From IMG/VR virus record IMGVR_UViG_3300021093_003900, positions 1 through 64,000 of that record: DNA of 64,000 nt; one strand, given 5' to 3'. Positions 9,419 through 18,762 of the stretch are shown piece by piece (position 1 is the stretch's first letter; each line of letters opens with the position of its first letter). The translations under genes and the position numbers were made by a program. The notes under the pieces were generated by a model. That model ran no database searches, was not told where the DNA came from, and worked only from the letters and a program-made list of their open reading frames with translations. This DNA is from a virus.

Positions 9419-9721
9419 ATGGAAATAAGAGAAATTTTGGAAACTAACTTGGTCTCAAATAATTTGGAGGTCAAATTTAGAATAGACGAGGACACCGATG
9501 AAGTCATAAGAACTTACACATTTGATTTGGATGTCATTTTGGAATATGGTTACGACATTTTTCCAGAACCATTGGATATGACCGATATGGATGAAGAGTA
9601 TTTGGATGAGGAATATGAAATGGAAGAATTCGAAACAGAAATCGATGAAAGTGAATTGACATTGTTTATGAATGAATTTTTTTCGATAACTGAAAAACTT
9701 CCTGAAGCCGAAAGTTATTAA
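9419..9721 (+). CDS. acidic hypothetical protein
   Basis: 100-aa ORF with A-rich leader. Confidence 0.75.
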   Translation: MEIREILETNLVSNNLEVKFRIDEDTDEVIRTYTFDLDVILEYGYDIFPEPLDMTDMDEEYLDEEYEMEEFETEIDESELTLFMNEFFSITEKLPEAESY

Positions 9722-9738
9722 TTGAATATTTATAACTT

Positions 9739-9978
9739 ATGAGTGATATTGATATAAATTACTACATAAGAATGTTACGTTCTTTGATAGGTAATAAGGT
9801 TGAATTTGAAGAACAAGATACTGGTGGTACTGCAACTAGCTCAGGCCCACCACCAGCGTACCCAACGGTCACCAAATGGGAAACAGGGATCAAAAGAGGT
9901 TCCGCAAACCAGATAGGTAATACCAAATGGAAAGATTCATATACCATAACAAGAGGTAAAGCGAATACTTTATTATAA
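9739..9978 (+). CDS. small hypothetical protein with duplicated KW-x5/7-RGxAN motif
   Basis: TKWETGIKRGSANQI and TKWKDSYTITRGKANTL. Confidence 0.7.
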   Translation: MSDIDINYYIRMLRSLIGNKVEFEEQDTGGTATSSGPPPAYPTVTKWETGIKRGSANQIGNTKWKDSYTITRGKANTLL

Positions 9979-10001
9979 TCAGATATTTATCAAAAAAAAA
10001 T

Positions 10002-11132
10002 ATGAAAATCACGAAAAATAAAAAATATTTGTATTATAACGATACAATAGTTGATACTGAAACTTTTGAAAAATACGAAAATATTAGTAGCAATCCATTA
10101 ATTGTTTGTGAAGTTTTACAAAATCAATGTGAATATTTTTACAAAAATAGAATTATTAGTGAAGAAAAAATATTTGAGATAATTCAAAATTTGTCATCTT
10201 CTTTTTTGAGTTTAAATGAAATTGATTTTATGACTTATCAAGTAAGGTTTGGATTAAAATTACTTACTGAAAAAACTCAAAATAATTTAGAATCTGGATT
10301 AAAATTAATTGAGGAAAATTGGGAATACATAAGAGAAAAACTTGTAGAATATTATGAAAATAGTACAAACATCAAATTATTAAATGAAACCTCCAAAAAT
10401 ATAAAATTACTTTTTTCTGATGAGAAATTTAATTGGATTTTTGAAGGTGTATACGATACTACTAATTGGGTAATGACTAAAATTGAAGATTTTTTACTTA
10501 GTTTAAAGGGTGTTGCTCTGTCAACTTTTTTAATGTCTCTAGGTATTGGTGTAGTCACTAATGTTGTTATGTGGGGAGCAATAGCTGTTTGGAAAATCTA
10601 TAAAATAATTGCTGGGAAATTATCGAATTCTATGGAAAATTGGTTTGATGTTGCAATTTGTTTAGTAGGTGCAGTTTTTGGTGGGGCTGTAAAGTATTTA
10701 AAAACTGCAATTAAAGGTATTAGTTTTGCTGCAAAAAATTTAAGGAGAATGAAATCTTTACAACCCATCAGAGACTTATTGAATTTAGGTTCAACCAAAG
10801 TTACCACTATCTTAGAATCATCAAAAAACTTTTTAAAAAAATTACGTGTTTCTGGTGTTGATGGAATTTTTTCCAAAGTGGGTAGTTGGTTAACAAATTT
10901 TTTTGAAAAAATGATGAATTTTTTGAATGACCCAAAAACATCTAAAGCGGCATTGAATACTGTAGCAGCATCTGCTGTATATGTCGGACTTGATAAAGCG
11001 ATTGATAAAATGTTAAAATCAAAAGAAAATAAAAAAAATAAACAAAATAATTCTGAGTACGAACAACTCGGCCAAACGATGGGAAATGTAGACGATCCAG
11101 AATTAGATGATATTTATAACGATGATAACTAA
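10002..11132 (+). CDS. hypothetical protein with hydrophobic helical hairpin (possible internal virion/ejection protein)
   Basis: Central hydrophobic Gly/Ala-rich helices, no signal peptide. Confidence 0.6.
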   Translation: MKITKNKKYLYYNDTIVDTETFEKYENISSNPLIVCEVLQNQCEYFYKNRIISEEKIFEIIQNLSSSFLSLNEIDFMTYQVRFGLKLLTEKTQNNLESGLKLIEENWEYIREKLVEYYENSTNIKLLNETSKNIKLLFSDEKFNWIFEGVYDTTNWVMTKIEDFLLSLKGVALSTFLMSLGIGVVTNVVMWGAIAVWKIYKIIAGKLSNSMENWFDVAICLVGAVFGGAVKYLKTAIKGISFAAKNLRRMKSLQPIRDLLNLGSTKVTTILESSKNFLKKLRVSGVDGIFSKVGSWLTNFFEKMMNFLNDPKTSKAALNTVAASAVYVGLDKAIDKMLKSKENKKNKQNNSEYEQLGQTMGNVDDPELDDIYNDDN

Positions 11133-11133
11133 T

Positions 11134-12597
11134 ATGGATTCACAATCAGAAATACGGAAACACATTGATTTTGTTATATTGATCAATCAACAAATACTTA
11201 TTGAAACAATAAAACAAATTGACAGACCAATTATAACGGAAAGTAAAGGAAATTTGATAAAACTGTTCAAAATTTTTCTCACAGATAAAAATTTATTCAA
11301 AGCAACTTTACCAAAACTTAAAAACGTAACTTTTTTTAAGAATGTTAATTCAAGAAGGGATTTAGCAACTGTATTAAAAAATTTATCCCCCTTAGAGTAT
11401 AAAGGTGCATTCAAACAATTTATAGATCAGCTTAGTGGTAATGATAGAAGCGCATTTATAAAAGGATTATTTAATGGAAAAGAAGATTTGATCAATAGAG
11501 TTTTAAACAATGCCTCAAATGGAAAAAATTCAGCACTGAAACGATTAACTAATTACTATGAAAATTTAGGACTAACTCAAAACGAAATTGCTGAACAATT
11601 TACTATGGCTACAGGTAAATACGCGGATGATGTTGCCAATTTAATTTACAATAGTACTAAACAAAGTGGTAGTCTAGCTAAACAAACGAAGATGGGAAAG
11701 CTACTTGACACACTAAAACCAAACACAAGAACTAAAAAAATTACAATTCCATGGAAGTTAATTGGAATTGTTGCTGGTGGTGGTGGGTTAATATGGTTAT
11801 TGAATAAATGGGGTGATGATACTGAAATTGTAGATCCTAATGGAAATCCAATAGATCCAACTACACCCTCAGGCTCGCAAGAAACAACTACCCCATCAGG
11901 TTCGCAAGAAAAAACCACAAATATAGTTGCAAAAGATGATGTTTTACCGTCTAAAGACGAATTTGTATTATCATATCCAAATGACAAAAATTGGAGATAT
12001 ATTTGTAAAAACGGAAATTGGTATGCTAGATCTATAGTTAATGGACAAATACGAAATTTAAATTGGGGTGTCAAGAACGGATATCCGAGATGGCAAATTT
12101 CAATAGATAGATTAAATAAAACGTATCCAAATGCTTGTAAAACAACAACTGGAACAACTGTAACAACAACTGGAACAACAACTGGAACAACAACTGGAAC
12201 AACAACTACCACACCAAATCGTATAGGAGCTAATGTGGATAGTTTAGTAAAAGTAGATACATCAAAATACCCTGGAATCTACAACAGACCTCAAGATCAG
12301 TTTACGTTAACACCACCAAGTAGTGACGGGGTAGTTCTGGGAGGATCGGGAGAACAACAAAGAGAACCACTAGTGATTGAACCCACACAAATTAATCTTA
12401 CTAGAGAATATTGTAGAAATTTGTATTCATCTATTGAAAGAAATGACCAAAAAAGTGGTAGAAAAACAGCAACACCAAAACAGTTAGGTGAGGTCGAAAG
12501 ATGCTTACAACAATATAACATTTTCAAATTAGCTGCTTTAAATGTAAGAAATAGGTATGGTTATACTATGTCTGGTGGCGACAAAGGAATAAGATAA
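11134..12597 (+). CDS. hypothetical protein with single TM segment and Thr-rich linkers
   Basis: IPWKLIGIVAGGGGLIWLL TM segment; TTTG repeats; probable start MDSQ at 11134. Confidence 0.7.
   Translation: MDSQSEIRKHIDFVILINQQILIETIKQIDRPIITESKGNLIKLFKIFLTDKNLFKATLPKLKNVTFFKNVNSRRDLATVLKNLSPLEYKGAFKQFIDQLSGNDRSAFIKGLFNGKEDLINRVLNNASNGKNSALKRLTNYYENLGLTQNEIAEQFTMATGKYADDVANLIYNSTKQSGSLAKQTKMGKLLDTLKPNTRTKKITIPWKLIGIVAGGGGLIWLLNKWGDDTEIVDPNGNPIDPTTPSGSQETTTPSGSQEKTTNIVAKDDVLPSKDEFVLSYPNDKNWRYICKNGNWYARSIVNGQIRNLNWGVKNGYPRWQISIDRLNKTYPNACKTTTGTTVTTTGTTTGTTTGTTTTTPNRIGANVDSLVKVDTSKYPGIYNRPQDQFTLTPPSSDGVVLGGSGEQQREPLVIEPTQINLTREYCRNLYSSIERNDQKSGRKTATPKQLGEVERCLQQYNIFKLAALNVRNRYGYTMSGGDKGIR
12139..12213 (+). 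repeat. coding tandem repeat (ACAACTGGAACA-type, TTTG)
   Basis: 12-nt units encoding Thr-Thr-Gly-Thr. Confidence 0.8.
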
Positions 12598-12612
12598 ATA
12601 AATAAAAATTAT

Positions 12613-13269
12613 ATGAAAAATATATCACGAAGTCTAAAACGTAATATTTCTGAAATTAGAGAAAAAAAAAATAATCTTATCATAGAACATAGTATTGTTC
12701 AATCAAGATTAAAATTTGTTCTAGAACAAGAATATAAAAATAATGACGCTAAATTTATTGCTCTACTTGAAGAAATAATAAATTTAGAGGAACAAGGTTA
12801 TAATTTATCTCTAATAAATGAAGAAGAGTTTGATTTTTTTTCAATGTTAGGACGTATATTTGGGGGGTCATTTACATCAATATGGGAAGTTTTAGGTGAA
12901 AAAATGGCAGATTCTTTAGCCGACAAACTTCAGATCAATAAAACTAATTGGGTTTATAATGTGATTGTTTCGTTTATTACAAGTGTGAATTGGAGAAACT
13001 ATGGTAAATTATTTACAGATTGTAAATTTTTGACTAACGGAATTTCCGACGCAGTAATTGAAGGTACACTTAGACAAATGCAAAAAGAAAATGTTGATGA
13101 CGAAAATATTGGTGGTTATGTACTCAGCGCTTTAAGAAATTCAATAATGAAAGAGTTTGCTGAAAGAAAAGACTCTTTAATACAAAAATTGGAGGATATT
13201 ATCGGTGGAATAATTTGCGGTCAAGTTTCTAAGTGGAAATCTAATATAGCCAAAATTAACATCGAATAA
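12613..13269 (+). CDS. hypothetical helical phage protein
   Basis: 218-aa ORF co-oriented with upstream genes; several (I/L)-x-E motifs in the N-terminal third. Confidence 0.75.
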   Translation: MKNISRSLKRNISEIREKKNNLIIEHSIVQSRLKFVLEQEYKNNDAKFIALLEEIINLEEQGYNLSLINEEEFDFFSMLGRIFGGSFTSIWEVLGEKMADSLADKLQINKTNWVYNVIVSFITSVNWRNYGKLFTDCKFLTNGISDAVIEGTLRQMQKENVDDENIGGYVLSALRNSIMKEFAERKDSLIQKLEDIIGGIICGQVSKWKSNIAKINIE

Positions 13270-13275
13270 CAATTT

Positions 13276-13767
13276 TCAAAAAAAATCTCTTTTGAAGTTT
13301 TCCCAAGTAGATTCCAAATTTTTACCAGCAATTTCAGTAAAAAATTGAGGTTCGTACGGTTGTTTATTTAATTTCATTTTTGCTTGTTCTAAACTTTTGT
13401 CGCCCTTTTTTACATTACAACTAGAACAAGATGTCACCATATTTGACCAAGTATTTAGTCCGCCTTTAGATCGAGGAATGATGTGATCAATAGTTAAGTT
13501 TCTTTTTGACCCGCAATAAACACACTGATGATTATCTCGAGCATAAATTCTATGACGACTAATTTTGATTGCTTTTGGTCGAAATTTGACATAATTAAAT
13601 AATCTAATGATCAAAGGTCGAATAAATTCCCCTGAAACCGTTAAAATTTTTTCTAGATCCTCTTTCAAAATTTCCGCTTTACCTTTCAAAATTAACTTCA
13701 TACTTTTTTGTAAAGAAGTTATATTCAATGGTGTGAAATCAGCATTTAATACTAATACGTGGCTCAT
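13276..13767 (-). CDS. HNH endonuclease (McrA-like)
   Basis: VLVLNAD, RDNHQCVYCG, LTIDHIIPRSKGG, WSNMVTSCSSCNVKKG. Confidence 0.92.
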   Translation of the reverse strand: MSHVLVLNADFTPLNITSLQKSMKLILKGKAEILKEDLEKILTVSGEFIRPLIIRLFNYVKFRPKAIKISRHRIYARDNHQCVYCGSKRNLTIDHIIPRSKGGLNTWSNMVTSCSSCNVKKGDKSLEQAKMKLNKQPYEPQFFTEIAGKNLESTWENFKRDFF

Positions 13768-13769
13768 TA

Positions 13770-13800
13770 TTTGACTTTTTATCAAAAAATACTAAATTTT
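13770..13800 (+). promoter_or_regulatory. Bacteroidota-type promoter (TTTG-N19-TAAATTTT)
   Basis: Same spacing as the other copies; lies upstream of ATG 13822. Confidence 0.5.
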
Positions 13801-13821
13801 GTTCGTAAATCAAATATAATT

Positions 13822-14016
13822 ATGTCATACTGTATTATCAAAAATATTAAAGTCGAAAGTAAAGATACAAACATTCACAAAACACTACCTGTGATTCTTT
13901 TGGATAATCAGGATGAAGTATTAGAATTTGAAAATTTTGACGAGGCTGAAAAATTTCGAGTTTTGCTCCAGAAAAATTCTGACTCAAATCACGAATATTT
14001 AGTTAAACAGATTTAA
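13822..14016 (+). CDS. small hypothetical phage protein
   Basis: Start MSYCII; LPVILLD...EVLEF motif. Confidence 0.7.
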   Translation: MSYCIIKNIKVESKDTNIHKTLPVILLDNQDEVLEFENFDEAEKFRVLLQKNSDSNHEYLVKQI

Positions 14017-14018
14017 AA

Positions 14019-14372
14019 ATGGCACATCCAATTCTTCACGCAAAATCATCTGCAAAAAAATTTGGTGGAAAATGGGAAGATTATATTCACTTACATAATT
14101 GGCTTGATGAAACAAAAGGGTGGGTAGGACACTCTATACACCGAATGTTTCGACATCATAGTGAAGGAATTTTTGAAATGGAAAAAATTTTTGGTACATC
14201 ATTTCAAAATAGTGAAGATAAGATTGTTTATACAAGGTATGTGGGTGAACAACATGTATTGGAAGATTGTTATAATTACATTCCTTCAGCAAAAGAATGG
14301 ATAGACGCGATCAAATCTGAAAAAAAACCTATGTGGTTTTTAAGAACAGGTAAAATAGAATTAGAAGATTAG
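14019..14372 (+). CDS. DUF6915-like His-rich protein
   Basis: MAHPILHAKSSAKKFGGKWEDY..LHNWLDETK...HRMFRHHSEG...GEQHVLED. Confidence 0.8.
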   Translation: MAHPILHAKSSAKKFGGKWEDYIHLHNWLDETKGWVGHSIHRMFRHHSEGIFEMEKIFGTSFQNSEDKIVYTRYVGEQHVLEDCYNYIPSAKEWIDAIKSEKKPMWFLRTGKIELED

Positions 14373-14384
14373 ATATTTACTTGT

Positions 14385-15125
14385 ATGAACCAAACAGCAA
14401 AACAACTTGTAGCCGTAATAAAATACTGGCAAAAAAAATGTTCTAAAGTATATTTTGAAATGGATGGAGAGTTTGGTGGATTTGCATGGGATCACCAAAA
14501 GTCATGTCAATGCATTTCAATAGACAATTCAAAGACCGAATTACCATATCCAACTCCAATGCGAGTAGTCATGCAGTATTTGATTGATTTACTAGATTTG
14601 GAAGATAGAGCAGTAAATGATATAGATGTGGAAGACCCGAACATTTATGCATATGAATTTGAGTTTAATTTTTCAGAAATGAATTTCAAAGTGTATTGTA
14701 ATTATTCTTACATTATGGAAGGTAATGAAATAGTTTCAGTGAGAAACGCCAAAAATAATGCAACGTTAACTGAAGTATTGAATGATCTTAAAAAAAATGG
14801 AAAGAAAGGGAAATACCGAGTTGATTTCAATGGTAGTGGAGACTCTGGATATATTGATGATAATATGAGTAGTTTGGAAAGGTCTGAGGCAGATAACATT
14901 CCAAGTGGATTAGAGGATGAGTTATATGACTTCTTAGGTGCCAGACACCCTGGGTGGGAAAATAATGAGGGTAGTTTCGGGTTTTTTATTATTGACTTAA
15001 ATAATAACTCAATTGAACTAAATTATACCGAAAATTATGAAGAAAGTGACACCGTAATGATTCATATGGGTTCAATAGACGAATTAATTCAAACTATAAC
15101 TTCAAGTGACAACAATAACAATTAA
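14385..15125 (+). CDS. DUF6878-like protein, copy 1
   Basis: VDFNGSGDSGYID ... PGWENNEGSFGFFIID. Confidence 0.7.
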   Translation: MNQTAKQLVAVIKYWQKKCSKVYFEMDGEFGGFAWDHQKSCQCISIDNSKTELPYPTPMRVVMQYLIDLLDLEDRAVNDIDVEDPNIYAYEFEFNFSEMNFKVYCNYSYIMEGNEIVSVRNAKNNATLTEVLNDLKKNGKKGKYRVDFNGSGDSGYIDDNMSSLERSEADNIPSGLEDELYDFLGARHPGWENNEGSFGFFIIDLNNNSIELNYTENYEESDTVMIHMGSIDELIQTITSSDNNNN

Positions 15126-15134
15126 ATTAATAAA

Positions 15135-15878
15135 ATGAATTCACCAGTAAAACAACTTATGGCTTTGATTAGCTATTGGAAAAAAAAATGTCATGTAGTT
15201 TCTTTTAATGTGGACGGAGATCTTTCTAGGATTTACGAGAGACGTGACTACTGTTGGTGTCACCAAGTAGATGGTAATGAATTTAAACAACCATTCCCAA
15301 TTCCAATGTCTGGTGTAGTATCTTTCATTGCTGAAAAATTAAATTTGGAAATAATACAGTATCACAATATCGATCAGGATCCAGAACTTGTTCATACTGA
15401 ATTCTTCGAATATTCATTTGACTTCCCAAATAATAAATTTACGGTAACTGGAGATTTTTCATATCTTACTGAAGGAGACGGAAAAAATTACCTTATGAGT
15501 ACTAAAAAAAATCCAAAATTAGATGAAGTATTAAATGATTTAATGAATGACGGTAAAAAAGGAAAGTATCGTGTTGATTTCAATGGTGATGGTGATGAGG
15601 GTTATATCGATGACAAAATGAGTTCGTTGGAAATTAAAGATGAAGTTCGAATTCCAAGTGGACTAGAAGATATATTATATGATTTTTTGGAAACTACGAT
15701 CCCAGGTTGGGAAGAAGAAAATGGCGGCCAAGGGTTTTTCATTATTGATTTAGACAAAAGAACACTTAGGTTAAATTATACACCAACAATCAATGTCAAC
15801 GAAGAACTTTTAATTTACACTTCTTCTTTGGATAAATTCATTCAAACGATTAGTGTCGATACGGAGAGTGTCGAATGA
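15135..15878 (+). CDS. DUF6878-like protein, copy 2 (tandem paralog)
   Basis: VDFNGDGDEGYID ... PGWEEENGGQGFFIID; colinear with copy 1 over its full length. Confidence 0.7.
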   Translation: MNSPVKQLMALISYWKKKCHVVSFNVDGDLSRIYERRDYCWCHQVDGNEFKQPFPIPMSGVVSFIAEKLNLEIIQYHNIDQDPELVHTEFFEYSFDFPNNKFTVTGDFSYLTEGDGKNYLMSTKKNPKLDEVLNDLMNDGKKGKYRVDFNGDGDEGYIDDKMSSLEIKDEVRIPSGLEDILYDFLETTIPGWEEENGGQGFFIIDLDKRTLRLNYTPTINVNEELLIYTSSLDKFIQTISVDTESVE

Positions 15879-16205
15879 TTTAGTACTATTGTAGTGTTCA
15901 CGTGAAAGGTAAATTAAACACTCAATTTCTTTTTCTTTAAGTTTTTTTTCTTTGATCTTCATTTCTATATTCACTTTTTTCAAAGAATCAGTTGTTTGAA
16001 CATACAAAACGTTTTTTTCTTTAATTTTTGGTATTCGTGATTCAATACTATCCAAAATTTTGTTCAAGCTATCCAAATTAGTTGTAGGTTCTGAAGAAAT
16101 GGTGTCCAAAAAAATAATTGTAGAATCGATGTATGTTTCTTCTTCCTTAGTTTGAATAAAGTTACAAGAACTGAAAATCAAAAAAAACAATAGTAAATAT
16201 TTCAT
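15810..16205 (-). CDS. lipoprotein, candidate o-spanin
   Basis: Signal peptide II MKYLLLFFLIFSS-C; coiled coil; 4-nt overlap with the upstream TM/coiled-coil gene. Confidence 0.55.
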   Translation of the reverse strand: MKYLLLFFLIFSSCNFIQTKEEETYIDSTIIFLDTISSEPTTNLDSLNKILDSIESRIPKIKEKNVLYVQTTDSLKKVNIEMKIKEKKLKEKEIECLIYLSREHYNSTKSFDTLRIDTNRLNEFIQRRSVN

Positions 16206-16456
16206 CTTGTTTGTTCGTTAAGTACCGATAATATTCCTTGAGTTCTAGCCAAGGTACTATCTGTTTTACGTAATCTTTCTGTTAAATTTTTTACATCTTC
16301 TCTTAGTTCAATAACATCCGATGAACAACTTTCGATTTGTTTTTGATAGTTCATTTTGTTGTCGACCCATAAATACCCAACAACTAAAATCAAAATGAAT
16401 TGAATATACTTGAGAGGATCTTTCAAATAATCTTCAAACGATAAAGGAATCTTCAT
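16202..16456 (-). CDS. inner-membrane coiled-coil protein, candidate i-spanin
   Basis: Start MKIPL at 16456; TM YIQFILILVVGYLWV followed by a coiled coil containing a Cys. Confidence 0.55.
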   Translation of the reverse strand: MKIPLSFEDYLKDPLKYIQFILILVVGYLWVDNKMNYQKQIESCSSDVIELREDVKNLTERLRKTDSTLARTQGILSVLNEQTR

Positions 16457-16500
16457 ACTGTATAAATATTCTAAAACATAATTATATTTAAATAAAAAAA

Positions 16501-17166
16501 ATGGCATACATTGAACACAATTTTTTTCCACTCAAAGTTTTCCTTAGAAATGAGTACTTATACCAAGGAAAAAAAGGTCATGGAGAATTCACACCCGGAG
16601 TTATTATATCTGTAAGATGTATGCCGGGACAAGCCACATTATTTCAAGTTCTTTTAGAAAATGGAGTTTTAAGAGACAAATTACCAAGTCACGCTCTTTT
16701 GACCGAACCTGAATTACCAAATCCAGATTTACCTTTTCATTATTTACAGATTTGGAATTGTTTTTCTTATAATTTTACTTTAATACATTTGTCATACGTA
16801 TACGATACTCCTGTAGAAGTTTATATGAAAGATAGAAAATTTTATAAAGGAAATTATTACGCTACAATAAATTGGGGTAGTAATGATTTTAATACTGATC
16901 TAACATTATCTGAAGATCCATTGGAGCATAAATCTCATCATATTATTTTACTAGAAAATGGTCAAATAGCTCTACAACCAAACAATCGAATTAAATGGTT
17001 TGAACCTAGTTTTGTTACAAAACCTTTTCCAGAAAAACCAGATTATCTTGTTAATAAAGATTATTATAATTGTGAAGGGTATGAAAAATGGAATACTGAA
17101 GATAGTGAAAGAATGTTTTATGATAATGAATCTGATTTTTCAAAAAAAATAATACAAAATTGTTAA
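16501..17166 (+). CDS. conserved hypothetical phage protein
   Basis: 221-aa ORF; LQIWNCFS, EHKSHH, NGQIALQPNNR motifs typical of a widespread phage family. Confidence 0.75.
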   Translation: MAYIEHNFFPLKVFLRNEYLYQGKKGHGEFTPGVIISVRCMPGQATLFQVLLENGVLRDKLPSHALLTEPELPNPDLPFHYLQIWNCFSYNFTLIHLSYVYDTPVEVYMKDRKFYKGNYYATINWGSNDFNTDLTLSEDPLEHKSHHIILLENGQIALQPNNRIKWFEPSFVTKPFPEKPDYLVNKDYYNCEGYEKWNTEDSERMFYDNESDFSKKIIQNC

Positions 17167-17213
17167 TTTAATTAATAGAACGTGATATTTAATTGTTAAA
17201 TCTATTTGACAAG

Positions 17214-17840
17214 ATGAATTGGATCAATATTATTACAACTCTTATAACCTCAACAACATCAATTATTGTGGCACTTATTGCTGCTGGGTTTTTTAAGAGT
17301 TGGATGGATAAATTTAAAGAAAAAAAATCACAAGGAAAACTTATCAAACAAATTCAAAAAGATGAGGTTGTACATTTTACAATTAGAGAACTAAGAAGAA
17401 AATATAATGCGGATAGAATTTATATTATGCAGTTCCACAATGGTGGTATGTTCTACACACAAGCTCCGATGCAAAAAGTATCGATAACCTTTGAAAGGTG
17501 TTCTGATGGTCTCGAGAGAATGTTCGAAAGATTTCAACACGTATTTGTTTCGCATCACACTTGGTTTATTTCAGAAACAATCAATATGAGTATGTTTTCA
17601 ACAAACCTAGAAGAAGATGTTAGAGATTTACCAACAAGAAGTTTATTGAAAACATTTGGAAACTACGCTCTCAGTTCAGTACCTATCTATGATATAAATA
17701 AAAATTTGATTGGAATACTTTCTTTAGGCTGGGTGTTTTCTGAAATTCCAGATGAAATTCTAGAAAATAATAATTTTACAGAAAAATTCAAAACTGAATT
17801 ATTATCTGAATCAAATTCGTTAGCAACATATTTATTATAA
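17214..17840 (+). CDS. holin-like protein (N-terminal TM + GAF-like domain)
   Basis: TM IITTLITSTTSIIVALIAAGFF; YNADRIYIMQFHNGG and VPIYD..KNLIGIL GAF-like motifs; architecture as in T4 holin T. Confidence 0.5.
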   Translation: MNWINIITTLITSTTSIIVALIAAGFFKSWMDKFKEKKSQGKLIKQIQKDEVVHFTIRELRRKYNADRIYIMQFHNGGMFYTQAPMQKVSITFERCSDGLERMFERFQHVFVSHHTWFISETINMSMFSTNLEEDVRDLPTRSLLKTFGNYALSSVPIYDINKNLIGILSLGWVFSEIPDEILENNNFTEKFKTELLSESNSLATYLL

Positions 17841-18520
17841 TGTCAGCAAAATTATTTAGTACTGATAATGTAAGTCTTGGTGGTGGTCCAGCGGCCCACA
17901 GAAGTAGAGCAGGATATAAGGCGGGTGATTGGTTTAGTGGAAAGGGATACGATTTACATGTAAAACCTGGTACAGAGGTTTATTCACTTACTGATGGTAA
18001 AGTAGTAGCTAATAATTTGGATCCCGATAATTGTAAAAAAGGTGTATATGGACATAGAGTAACTATTTTAGCAGATAATGGTGATGAACTTTATTACACA
18101 CATATCGAAAGTAAATTAACGGTTGGCCAAAAAATTAAAAAAGGAGATCTGATTGGTAAAGTACGAAAAGGTTGTGGTGTTAAACCACATTTACATGTTG
18201 CAAGTAAGAAAAAAGATGTTAAGGACTACGTTGATTTCAAAACTTGGGCTATTATTGGAGGCGCAGCCGCTTTAATAAGTGTAAATAAAAAAGATAATGA
18301 AAAAGATAACGAAACAGATACAGAAGAAGAAAATGGAGGACAAGACCCCGAAAAAAAACAAAAAGATAAAAAAGAACCAGCAACAGACTTACTCCGACAA
18401 AAATATTTTGATGCTGTTAGTATTCCATTCACATTAATTGGGTTGCCGGGTTTAGCTGAAAGCATTCAAGCTAATAGTAATTTAGATAAAGAAATTAGAC
18501 GTATAAAACAATTATTGTAA
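17840..18520 (+). CDS. M23 family metallopeptidase
   Basis: GYDLHVKPGTEVYS, YYTH, VGQKIKKGDLIG, PHLH motifs. Confidence 0.85.
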   Translation: MSAKLFSTDNVSLGGGPAAHRSRAGYKAGDWFSGKGYDLHVKPGTEVYSLTDGKVVANNLDPDNCKKGVYGHRVTILADNGDELYYTHIESKLTVGQKIKKGDLIGKVRKGCGVKPHLHVASKKKDVKDYVDFKTWAIIGGAAALISVNKKDNEKDNETDTEEENGGQDPEKKQKDKKEPATDLLRQKYFDAVSIPFTLIGLPGLAESIQANSNLDKEIRRIKQLL

Positions 18521-18524
18521 AAAA

Positions 18525-18548
18525 AAAGTCCGAATTACTTCGGACTTT
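18525..18548. terminator. bidirectional intrinsic terminator
   Basis: AAAGTCCGAA-TTAC-TTCGGACTTT between convergent genes. Confidence 0.8.
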
Positions 18549-18570
18549 AGAGATTCTAAAACTACTAGGA

Positions 18571-18729
18571 TTACTTAATAGTTTGAGTTGAATCGGTTAC
18601 TACTGCTGCAGTATCTACAGTTTCAGTAGTTTCTTCAACAACAGTTTCTTCAACGGTTGTTTCTTCTGTAGCTTCTTGACAAGAAACTAGAGCGGTGGCA
18701 AAAAGAGCCAAGAAAAGGATGTTTTTCAT
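18571..18729 (-). CDS. small acidic Thr/Glu-rich lipoprotein
   Basis: MKNILFLALFATALVS-C lipobox; 52 aa. Confidence 0.8.
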   Translation of the reverse strand: MKNILFLALFATALVSCQEATEETTVEETVVEETTETVDTAAVVTDSTQTIK

Positions 18730-18762
18730 AAATTTGTTTTTTTTATGATGTAAATATACACC

